Shown here: positions 45,001-57,000 of the stretch, piece by piece
Position numbering within the stretch: position 1 is the stretch's first letter
How the letters are laid out: the number at the start of each line of letters is the position of its first letter
Assembly (NCBI RefSeq): GCF_001447785.1
Contig: NW_015173690.1
Coordinates: forward strand, 811,230-875,229
Length of the DNA: 64,000 nucleotides
DNA from: Gekko japonicus
Lineage: Eukaryota
Direction: 5' to 3'
Translations under genes and position numbers: made by a program
Notes under the pieces: model-generated
Told to the model about the DNA's origin: nothing
The model's input: the letters and a program-made list of their open reading frames with translations, nothing else
Databases searched by the model: none

Positions 45001-48000
45001 TTGTTAGGATCCAGAGAGCCTTTCTGCAGGTGAAAATAAATGGAGGGGTCTCCTTCAACCACCCAAAATGGCTATGCTGAGGATTATGGGACTTGCAAGG
45101 ACAGAAGTTGTGTGGGAGTGGAGCTATAGCAAGAAACAAAGTTCAGTGAGCTTTAGCAAAAAGGCTGGCTGGATCCAACCTTATGTATTTGCTTTTAAAA
45201 CCCTGTGTTATGCTTAGTTTTAGAGTTTGTATTTTTTAAAACAAAACTCAAAGGAACTGACAAGTTTTACTAGAACAAGGAATTCTGTGCACTTTAAAGC
45301 CTTTTACCACATTTTTGGTGGCAAGAATTTCTAGATTCAGCTTTTTCAGATAGAGTTTTTTCAAATAACAGGAGGGGTTTGTCTTCCTGCAGAGCGCATA
45401 CTTAATATGCAAAAGGCCTCCCAGTTAAAATATTGAAATTGCCAGATAAATGGGTCTCTGGTAGCTGGGCTGGGAACAGTCTGTGAATAGTATAATGAGG
45501 TCCAACATCCATTAGAGTAAACAGTGCTGTGCTAGTTGGTCTGATTCAGTATAAGGCAGCTTCATATGTTCAAGCCTGCAATCTTACGTAGTTAAATGGC
45601 AGAAAGTACAATTAAATTCAGTGGAATTTGCATATCATTATTTCAGCATCACTGAAAGTCCATGGCCTCTATGTTTGGAAAAGTTTTTAGTAGCTTTTAA
45701 TAGTGTTGTATGCAGGGGTCATTTCGTAGAAAAAGAGGTGCAGGAGCTCATGAGCATACCTCATTAGCATAACTTATTTGCATATGCCACACTCCCTGAC
45801 ATCACCAGAAGTGTGTCAGAAGGCAACACCCACTGCAACTTTCCTGGCTGCTTCTTGCTCCTCGTGGCCCAGGGCTGCTGGGAGCAGGGGGCGGGGCATC
45901 TTGCATGTGCCTGCCCCCTGGGCTCTGTAGTGCCGGAGCTCCGCTCCTGTGCACTCCTGCAGGAAATGACCCCTGGATGTATGTGTGCTATTCCTGTCTT
46001 TATACACCCCGCACCCCCACTGACTGAAGGACAGGATACAGAAAGGATAGTCAGATATTAAGAGGAGCTGCTTTTGATGCACAGAAAAATCTGGGCTGAA
46101 ATTAAAGTAAAAATTGACTATAAGGTCTTTAAGGCACTGTTGAATAAATTCCTTTGCCTTAGACACTTGCTGTAAAGGAAGTCTTGTTACTGGTAAGTTG
46201 TTAAACTTTTCTGTAGAATGCTAATCACGTTCATGAAAGACAGATTGGGTCACCTAATTTACTGTTGAGGATACCTGAAATACCATGAGCAAAGCCGTCC
46301 TTTATGGTGTAAATAAAATCAAAAATTCAAAAGACTTTTTATTCCTTTCCTTAGGTATTCTAAAGCAAGTCAAAGATTACATTAAAGAATGTAGCAAGTG
46401 CCAAGAAAAATTAGATCGTTCCAGATCCTTGTCAGATCCTTCTGAAATGCTGGAAGAACTTGGATTAGACACAGCTCTGCACGAAGACAGTAATGAAACA
46501 GATGATGAATTAAGTAACTCTGCATCACTTCCAGCTGCATCACCAAAGCCTGTGAAAAAGAAGCCAATAGCCAAACATGAGCTTGTATTTGTAAGTTGCA
46601 TTCAATGTACCTTGGTACAGGAGGCTAGTTTACATTTTTATTTCTTATTCCTATGTAGAGAACTGAAGGGCATCGGTATTGGGGGGCAAACCTTTTCTTG
46701 CCCACAGACAGTCCCCCAATCTTAAACAACTCCTCACCCTCAATAATACAGCATCGAATTTGAACTTGGACACTGGTACCAGAGCTTGCAGTAAACTCAG
46801 ATGCAAACTTTGCTGCCACATACACCTAGACAATAAAATCACTGGACCTAACAACATCAACTACACCATTTCAGGCTCATTCATCTTCTAACATTGTCTA
46901 TACCATTAAATGTCAACAGTGCCCTTCAGTTCTCTACACAGGGCAAACAGGTCAAACCCTACACCAAAGGTTAAATGGACACAAATCTGACATCAAGAAT
47001 CACAAGACTGCGAAACCTGTAGGAGAACACTTCAGCCTTCCAGGACATTCAGTGGGGGACCTCAAAGTAGCTGTTTTATTACACAGGAACCTCAGAAACA
47101 GACTAGAACGGGGAAATTGCTGAGTTACAAGTTATTACAACGCTCAGGACAATGGAACCCCCAGGGCTTAAAAAGGATATTGATTTCTTATCTCAGTACA
47201 CATGCTAATGTCATTCGGTTCTTGCATCTGTTGTAAACGCCTTTATTATGCTGTATGCTCATTTGTTGCTGTTCACAGGTTTATCAATTGCCTTCATCCA
47301 GTCTTAGCTATATCTACTGCTCAGTTAGTTATGCATCTTGACTCTAATTGGCCCTTCCTGGCAACACCCTCCTCACCCTCTACCTATATGTAATGGTTGG
47401 TGACTTCTGTTTCGATGTATCTGAAGAAGTGTGCAGGCACACGAAAGCTTATGCCCAGAATAAAGCTCTGTTGGTCTTAAAGGCACCACTGGACTCAGAC
47501 TTTGTTCTATTACTTCAGACTAACACAGCTACTCACTGGATCCTTTAAAGAAATACATCTCTCCCTTATAATAAAAGAGTAGTGGGTGCCAAAATTCTAA
47601 AATGCGCCCCGTTAGTGTATGGCCGGAAGAATTGCCACTCAGAAGACGCTGGCTGCGATGACTGGCTCCCTCAGTGAACCTGGGCTGCCATTGGCTGGGT
47701 GGCTGGGAGGGGAGGGAGCCAGTATCACAGCCAGCGTCTTCTGAGGGCAATTCTTCTGGCCATAAACTAACCCGCCACATTCAGGACAGTGGCGAACGGA
47801 GCCGGAGGCCCCCCCGCCCGCACTCCAGGCCGGCGGACGAGGCCTGCAGCCTCCGTCTGCCGGTTCCCCCCGCCCGCTCTCCAGGCCGGCGGACGAGGCC
47901 TGCAGCCTCCGTCCGCCAATACCTTTTGACGCCGGCGGACTAGGCCTCCAGGGCCCATCCGCCGGCTCCCCCTACCCTCCTGCACCCAGTCCAGGCCGGC

Positions 48001-51000
48001 GGACGAGCCCTCCAGGGCCCGTCCACCGGTTCCCCCCACCCCCCGCCCCCCAGTCCAGGCCGGGTCCGTTCCACTGGGTCCGCTCCCCCCCTCCTTTTTC
48101 TCTCTCTCCCCTCCCAACATTCTCTCTCTCACTCACTCTGTTTCCCCCCTCTCTTTGTTTCTCTGCCCTTCTTCCTTCTCAACTATCCTTCGTCCCATTC
48201 ACTCTCTCTCACTCTCTGTCTTTCTACCCATCTTCCTTCCTTCCTTCCTTCCTTCCTTCCTTCCTTCCTTCCTTCCTCCCTTCCTTCCTAGCTTTCTTCC
48301 TTCCTTCCTTTCCAAATTACTAACATTAACCCCACTCTGTCTCCCCCCCTTTTCTCTCTTTCCCCCCTCTCTAACTCTGTCTCTCTCTCTCTACCTCCTG
48401 TTCTCCATTCCTCCCTTCCACTCGCCCTTCCTTCCTATCTAGGGCCCGTCGTCTACCGCCACGACGGGCTTTGCTTACTAGTTTAAAATAAGTCAAAATG
48501 AATTTGTTTTATGTCACAAAGAACATAAATATTATTTGCTGTATTTTTATCCTTCTCAAAGGGGCTAACAATTTTTTAAATCCAGTGGGTGGAATCCAGA
48601 CTGCCAGTAAATTTTCCACTAACATAAGGGATGGGATAATTTCCACCAACTCTATATTCCTTCTGAAGACTTCCAGTTTGCCTCTCATTCTGCCTCAGAG
48701 GGTCCCCTGTCCCCCAGGAGCAGCATTTTAGGAAGATCTGTGGCTGCAGTCGGGAGGCAGGAATATTCTGTTCCACTGACAAATGTGTCTCGGGTAACCA
48801 GAAAATTTAGTCTAAATCCCATCCATTACCCTTACTGACTACAAAATATGATTCAGGGAGGGAAACATTTTTCTAGTTATTCACTAGAAACATTTTGAAA
48901 GGTTCGTTGAAAGTTAATATGCTGCTTCTTGCATTTTTTTAAATGCCAGGTTGATAGTAAAGGCCTTGTGAAACAGTCTTCTTCAAAGCATTCTCAGTCA
49001 GTCTTGAATCAGCTGAATCAACAACGGCTATCCAATCAATTCTGTGATGTTACTTTGCTCATTGAAGGAGAAGTATACAAAGCACACAAATCTGTTTTGG
49101 CAGCTAATAGTGAGTACTTCAGAGAACTCTTTATCGAAAAGGGAGCTGTTTCCAGTCATGAAGCTGTAGTGGATCTTTCAGGTAAATTTATCTGACAAGA
49201 ACCATGTAGAAAATAAGTTCATTGAACTCTTGTGGTCAAAGATTGGTTGATCAAATATAATTGTAGATAAACTCCTTGCTGTGTTTTTGAAAGCTTGTGG
49301 AGTATTTCCCCCCCAATAGAACTGAGGTTGTTTGCTGTTTGGCTTGATCTTGGTTATTGTGCTATCCGGTTACATCGGCCAAGTTTAAAGTAGGCATGTC
49401 CTTTATCTGCACAGCTTCCCTTTACTGGCCCGTATCCTACTACTCCACAGCAAGGTTTGACTCCTCTCTCCAGCCTAAGGAGCATTGCTCCAACTTAACT
49501 TCCTCCAATGGAAGAGGCACTCGAGTTGGAGAGAGCCTCCATAGGCAGGAAGAAGCCCTCAGACTTTGCTGAGTAGAGGGTACAGGCTGTTATATGTTGC
49601 CCTTAACAAAATATAATTAAACTGCATTAATAGATATTACTGAATTTTTGCATGCTTGATCTGAATACACAGAAATGTCCTGGAATCACAGTAGAAGGAA
49701 TATACTCTACCTAGCTTTGGAGTAGGCTTCAGTCAGACTGATGGAATAAGTGTTTCTCATTCATGCAAGTTGTTATGATGAGAGCCTTTTACCCAATCAT
49801 GAATATGGCAGCTGGCATAGCTATAGTTCTTATGTAGTTTGCTTATTTTGAGCAAGCGGTAGCTGCACAACTCAGGCTGAAGAGACTCAAATCTAATTTT
49901 CAGATACTGTACAACCAAATCTAGGTAATTGTATTAACACTAACGTTAACATTTTACAAGGTAAAGAATACAAATATTGTTTGATATGGTCCTGCAGTAT
50001 AGTTCTCTGCTTTCTGTATATTTAGACTTGCAGTTTAATAAATAACTTGGAGCATTATGTTTTGCTTTAGAACAAAGATGGGTTCCCACATAAGCCTCTT
50101 AATGAGGCTACAAACACATGAAACCCCCCCTATTTCTGCTTGTATAGGCTTCCAAAAGAACGGAGAGGTCTCAATTTCACTAGAAGCCAAAATAGGCAAG
50201 TATTGCTTGAGAAGGCTTCAAATGCAATCTGATTTCTGTGACGTGTACACAGATAAGGCTGTTGCTGCCACCACCACTACACGCAGTCTCTGGTTTCTAG
50301 CATCCTTCAGCTTCTAAGCCCTCTTCTTTATTTCTTGTTTGTTTGAAGCTATAATATACTCTGAGGACTTTGTGCATATAGTTTCAAATTGTTGCTGCAG
50401 TCAGTAATTTTCTAGTAAAAGCATTAATTCGTTTTAAATTAAACTGGGGAATCATCTCTGCACACTCTTCTGATGTCTTATTTCTTATTTGGTGCAGGGT
50501 TTTGCAAGGCCAGTTTCCTGCCTTTACTGGAATTTGCTTATACCTCAGAGTTGACTTTTGATTTCTGTAACATGGCAGAATTAGCAGTGCTGGCTCGACA
50601 TCTCTTCATGACAGAAGTCCTAGAAATCTGTGAAAATGTGCACAAACAAATGGAAGATAAACAAATCACAGTGTACCAGAAAGGGGATGTTCAGGTAGTT
50701 GAGGTAGCACAGAATCTTTTAGCGCCAACTGAAAACGGGGCTAACGCTGCAGACGGGACTGAGCAGCCTTCACCCACAGAAGATGCAGTTGCAACCGTGA
50801 ATGGAGCATATTCAAGCACTGAAGTGGAAGAGCTGACTGAGTCAGAGGCTGTCCTGCAAACTGCACCAGAACCCCCTGTGGACGATGCTCCAAAGCCTGA
50901 GGTGCATTCTACTGCTACAGAGACAGCTGAAAGCAATGTAAAAGCCCCAGCAGAGGAAGTCATCACAGATCAGAGTGTATCTGTGGAGCAGTCTGAGTCT

Positions 51001-54000
51001 TCAGCAGTGGAGCAAGAAGTCATCAGCACTCCAGCAGAAACTGAGGCTGATAAAAATGTAAGCGGTGAACAAAACACAAGCGGTGAATTAACTGCAGAGG
51101 CTGCTGCTGAAGATTCCCAGGAAGGATTTAAACGGAAACGCGGTAGGCCATGTAAAACACAGAGCACTCCATTGTCTCAGTCAGAGATCTCCGTTTCCAT
51201 TCAAGATGACACTTACAAAAGCAAGCTTCGCCAACGGTCTGTTAGTGAAGGTGGCTATATCAAATTGCACAAGGGCGTTGAGAAAAAACTACAGAATAGA
51301 AAGCCAGCCACCAAATCAGCCATCCAACAGGTATAAGAGATACTTAAAAATTTGTAGTGTGTTGTCTTCAGTTTGGTCTCTCATGATGATGTCTTTTGGC
51401 ATGCAAATTGCTCTTTGGTACTCTTTGTGTCACTGATTTTATCATTAGGTGCTCAGCTTACATTCATTTTCGCTAGCAGCTGACACTTTTTTAATTTTCT
51501 AACTAGGTTGCCATGAAGCTAGTACAAAGAGGCAAAAAGATGAAGCAGCCCAAGAGAGATACTGTGGAGCACAATGAGGCAGAAGCACAGCACAAATGCA
51601 GTGAATGTGGAATGATTTTTCAGAGACGTTATGCCCTTATAATGCACACATTGAAGCATGAAAGGACGAAAAATTATAAATGTCCAGTGAGTTGATCTTG
51701 AAATATACCCTGTGTAGATGCATGTTCTGTAACCCTGCTAGTCTGTGGGTTGAGGTCCTGCCAGTATTTCCCAGGTGGGTGGGGATGATCTCCTGTGATT
51801 TCTTTCGTCACTGGAGCCTTGTCCCATGTGGCAGTCTTTCCACATGGGTCCCACAATCTATGGCATAGCCTTTTTGGAGCTCAAAAAGATCATTGCTCCA
51901 GCAGAAAAGCTGGTAGGATCCAACCATATGCAAATAACTATTTTAAGTATTGTGTTTTTCTGGTTGTTTATAGCCCAGCGTTACCACTTGAAGTACTCTC
52001 TGGTTAGGTGCCTTGGTTGTCTTTTAAGAAGCCTTCTGATTCTGTGCTTATTCCAATAATGTAGCTGATCTATAATGTTTCAATCTTCTCACCGGTTAGC
52101 TTCTTAGAAGAAAATAACTATTCTACATTGAACGTTGAAACTTTCTTTCAGTCCTTTGTTTTAGTGATTTTATAGTTATGAGGTCACCTAGTCTTGGAGT
52201 ATTACATGGAAAATGTACTGTTTTTTCAAGGGTGTGTACTGCAGGTGAATAGATTCACACTAGTCTGAGCAATCTTTTAGAATTCCAGATTTCATTAGTC
52301 TATCAGAGTCACACCTTTTATGTACATAGCATTTGCAGACTTGGAAGTAACTCCTACCTTTACAAAAATGTGGTATGCATGCTGGTTTTTGACTTTGTGC
52401 TGTGATCACAGGTACATTTTCTATGAGAAATCAATGCACATTTTTGTTGTTCCAGCTATGTAAAAAAGAGTTCCAGTATGGTGCCTCATTACGAGCTCAC
52501 CTTGTTCGTCATACTCGGAAAAACGAAGTGACTGTTGCAACTGCCAGTATTGAAGAGAGTGGTGCAGCTGCAAAGGGCAGAACTAAACGGGAGTTTATAT
52601 GTGATATATGTGGAAGAAGTTTGCCTAAACTCTATTCCTTGAGAATTCATATGCTGAAACATACAGGTGTAAAGCCACATGCATGTAAGGTAAAATAATA
52701 ATAATAAAGCTATTTCTCAGTGTACTCACTTTCTTGATGCAAATTTTGCATATTCAAGCCATGTCTCTAAAAGTTCAATTATTAACTAAAAGAACAGAAC
52801 TTCAAATATCGTTGCATACAAGTTAAGGGAAAAGTGTGGTCAGTTGTAATTAAAGTCATACTTCGGGTAGCTTTAGGAATAAAGGCAGAGGTGCTATGGA
52901 ATCTTTCTTGAAATTAGTTAATGGGCAGTGATGCTGTTTGCCACATTCCTTTCCCTCCAGCTGTGCTTTCTGACCCTGGGGAAAGTCGATCTCTGGAACT
53001 GTGAGACCCATGTGAACAAATACCCTTGTAGATGAGGTGGGGCTGTAGTGAAGAGGGTGCAAAGTGCAAAATCTCATTTCTACCAGAAGTGCAGCTTTGC
53101 CAACGGAAGCAGGGGGACTGGGGACTTCTCCCCCTTTCCCTTCCTCACTGCAGCAGCTGACCTATTAGTCCATTCATATGCTATGATCCCAGGAATCAGT
53201 GTTCCTGGGATTGGTGGGGAGGGGAAGATGGCAGAAGTCTACATCTGCCAGCACCTTTAACTGACTGCTCCCTGGATCCATCCCAGTACCTCTGTTCGAT
53301 GCTTCCTAAGAAAGATGAAAATTCATCATATCCTAGACACTCCACATTTTACTGACTTGGATTGAAACTCAAGATTTTTGAAATTACTATTCCTATGGTA
53401 CCTTAACTGTTCTTTTGGTATGAGGGCTGGCAGTTTGTTCATACATTGTGTTGGAAGATCTGCTCCACCAATGGTGACAGTGTTCTCCAGTAGAGGAAAC
53501 TCATCTGTCAGCAGGAGGTTCTTGTGTAGGAAGAAGGGTGCCACCATTAGTGGAATGGATCCGTAGGATCTAAGCCAGTGAGTTTGGCAGCAAAGTTGTC
53601 CAGTCTTTTGGTGTGACTATATATCTCATGATATTTGCAGGTTTACAGTTGGTTTGGGGTAATAGGTGATAGAGTTGCACGGCTCTTTGCAACTGAAGGT
53701 TTGAAATTAAAATTTGTGTGTTGTAGGAGGCTTCTAAAAGCATTGGTTGAAATCTCAGTTTGAATTATAATTAAACATTGACAATATTTGTATGCACCAA
53801 AAATGAACCTCTCAAGTATTTTTAAGCTTGAACTTACTTCCTTGGTAAGTTTCTCTTCATTGGAATTTTGTCATCTTCAGCAATATAAATTTTGTCTTTT
53901 CCTGAAACAANNNNNNNNNNNNNNNNNNNNNNNNNNNNNNNNNNNNNNNNNNNNNNNNNNNNNNNTCCATGAAGCTTATTTATTGTAGAATGTTTTTGTC

Positions 54001-57000
54001 TGCTTGAGAATACCTTAACATTCTTGCTGGCAATTTTATGTCTTATAGATTTGTGGCAAGTCATTCACCTACAAGCATGGTTTAAAGATGCATCTTGCAC
54101 TCCATGAGGCACAGAAGCAGTTTAAATGTGAACTGTGTGACAAGTCTTTTGTCACAAAACGAAGCCTGCAGGAGCATGTGAGCATTCACACAGGTAAATA
54201 AGTTCCACTTCTCTCCCCAGGTATACAGACAGCAATAGCTGTCAGAATGTGTAAACTGAATATAAACTACAAACCCTCAGACAAGGCTTGCAAATTCAAA
54301 CTGATATGTGAGATTAGGGTTTTCACAAACTTTAGGCCAGGAAGCCGAGTGGGCTGGCGACTAGAATGCTCTTGTGGTGAGTTACTCGAGACTGTAGGAG
54401 CTCATTCAGCCCCGTTGCTGGAATGTACTGCCTCCTCTCTGACCAGTGTTGGATTCTTCTTTTTAACTTTTGGGAGAGGAGAGGCTGCCATTCTATCACT
54501 GGTGACCTGGCAACCTTTCCATAAGTACATTCATCACCCACCCCTAATAGACATTCCTTGCCTCAGTCACAATAACCTGTGCTACCAGAGCACGTCAGTT
54601 CCACAGTGGTCTGTTTGCTGATATGCAGTGGTCCAGCTAAGAGATGAATGAGGAAAATGCAGTAGGGAATGAACTGGAAAAGTACATTAGAATGCACTTG
54701 ATTGGAGCGGTGGAAAGTAAATGCATAATGTTTTTGCAGGCTTGGAAAACAGGCAAAAGATTGTGCGTGCAGAATGTATGGTCTTCTGTTACTGGCCTTT
54801 GTGTTAATCATGTAGATGCAGGACTGATGCCAAACATGTTAACCCCAGTTTTCCTTAACAGAAATCAGTAGCAGAGCTGGTAATGTCAGAATATGTCTAT
54901 GGACTGATTATTAGACTCTGAGCTTGTTAATGCTTAAATTATAACATTTTAATGGTTTATGGGTTGCCTTTTAAATTAAGTTTACATACCTAGTTAGCAC
55001 TTGGTAGAAATTTGGGCTTTTGCATGTGCCTCTTTGTGTCTTATTCACATGTCCATCTTTATCTATTTTCTGCAACACTTTTTTGGTTGAGGTCATCTCT
55101 CCCCCTTCTTCCTTGTTTCTTCATTTTATCCTCTGGCCCCTCATCTTCCCTATGTCCAGAGCCACCCCAGTTCTTCTGCTTTTTTTTTCTTGGCACTGTT
55201 CCATTTCCTGTGCTAGTTCTGGCTTTCACTCAACCCCTGTCCAACATCTTACCTGTGCTCAGAGCCTATCAGCCAGTCTTTCTCCTGGTGCTTTTGTTCC
55301 CTCTTGTAACCACATCTTCCCTCAGTACCTGTTTTGTCTCCACATCTTTGATTTCCTTTCCTTTTATCAAAGAAAATGCCATTTTGTCTTCGCTTCAGAC
55401 AAAACCTGAATTTGTGTTTATCCTGTTTCCTGCTTTCCCCCACCTGGTGTTCTTGCCATCGAATGATTAACTCCTTTGATCTCTCTTATTTGAGAACTGT
55501 AGCTTCCAACCTGCCCTGTGTGAGACTTTTCCCTTTACAATAATAATTATTATGATCGTATGGTACTGTGTGCAGAATAGCCAGGACATCCAAAGATTGT
55601 CTGGCAGCCGCAAGTTATAGCTTTTAGCATTATGCACCACTAAGTGGTGAGCTACGCTTGTTTTCAGGGGCTGAGAGAGCTCTGAAAGAACTGTGGCTGA
55701 CCTAAGGTCACCCTGCTGGCTTCATGTGGAGGGTAGGGAATTGAACCTGGTTCTCCACCACTCTTAGCTACTACATCAAGCTGGTTCTCTTTACATAAAC
55801 CATTTGTTTCCTTTAAAAAAGAGGGAGGGACTATAAAATTTTTCTAAATAAGACCAGCGTTTGTCTGTATGATATATCTAGATGATGCGACAGCAGCCAA
55901 GCCTTTGGCTGAAAGCAGGACTTGCCTGGTGGCAACAACCTTCTTAAAGCTTAGTATTGACCACCCAACCTTGATTCCACTTGTGTGAGTGTATTATGAG
56001 CACTGTTTGATATTGTTAATGCATATGTAGTTTTACAGTATTAGTTTTAATGCAGTCACTTCTGTGCTTAACAATGTAATGTTCCTTAATGGTGTTTCAA
56101 CTCTTGTTTGTCAGGAGAATCAAAATACTTCTGTCCACACTGTGGAAAATCTTTCCATAGAGCTTCAGGACTTAGTAAGCATATAAAGAAGCACCAGCCC
56201 AAACCTGAAATCCGTGGATATCAATGTACTCAGTAAGTAGGAGAAGATTCTTGAGCCTATGGAAGTAACATTTATTTTGCTAACATTATTGGATATTGAC
56301 AGAAATGTGTCTGTTGCTTTCAGTGAAGATGGTCCAAATTGAATAAGGAAATAACCATTATTGAAGGTGTTTCTGTAGCTGAAAGAATACCAGTTTGTTG
56401 TTGTTGTTTTTTCAAAGGAAATCAGTAGCTGGTAGTTTTGAAACAATTGTAAAAATTTCCTTTGATTAAATAAAAACGCTTTATTACTTTTTGCTGTAAA
56501 TCAATGGTTCCCAAACCTTTTCAGGCCACAACCTCCCTGGTTCCATAAACTCATCCACAGTGTCCCTTACCCTATCAAAAGCATTATTCAGAATAGCGAC
56601 CCACTAAGGAAGATAATATCAATAAAATTCAAAACTGGAACAATTAATTGCACATTTATTCAAAACCAAATTAAAACATTTTAGTTTCATTTATTCAATA
56701 AAACTGATTAACTTGTTCTAGCGATACCTGCTTTTCAAAGTCTAATAAGTCATTTAGCAAGAATCCTAGATACCACATTTAGTAACTTCTTGATGGATAG
56801 GCTTGATGAAGTGATACTAGTTTCCCAAAATCTAATTGAGTTAGTTCTGATATGCATAGTAAGTTTTTATATGCGTGTCTGGTTGATTAGGGTTAAAAGT
56901 ACTGTTCTAAAAACAAAGCCTTCAGAATAAGACTGTATAACATTTTTTTTAAAATAAACTGTTTATTTCTATGTTAGCAAAGATACAACATCGTGAAAGC

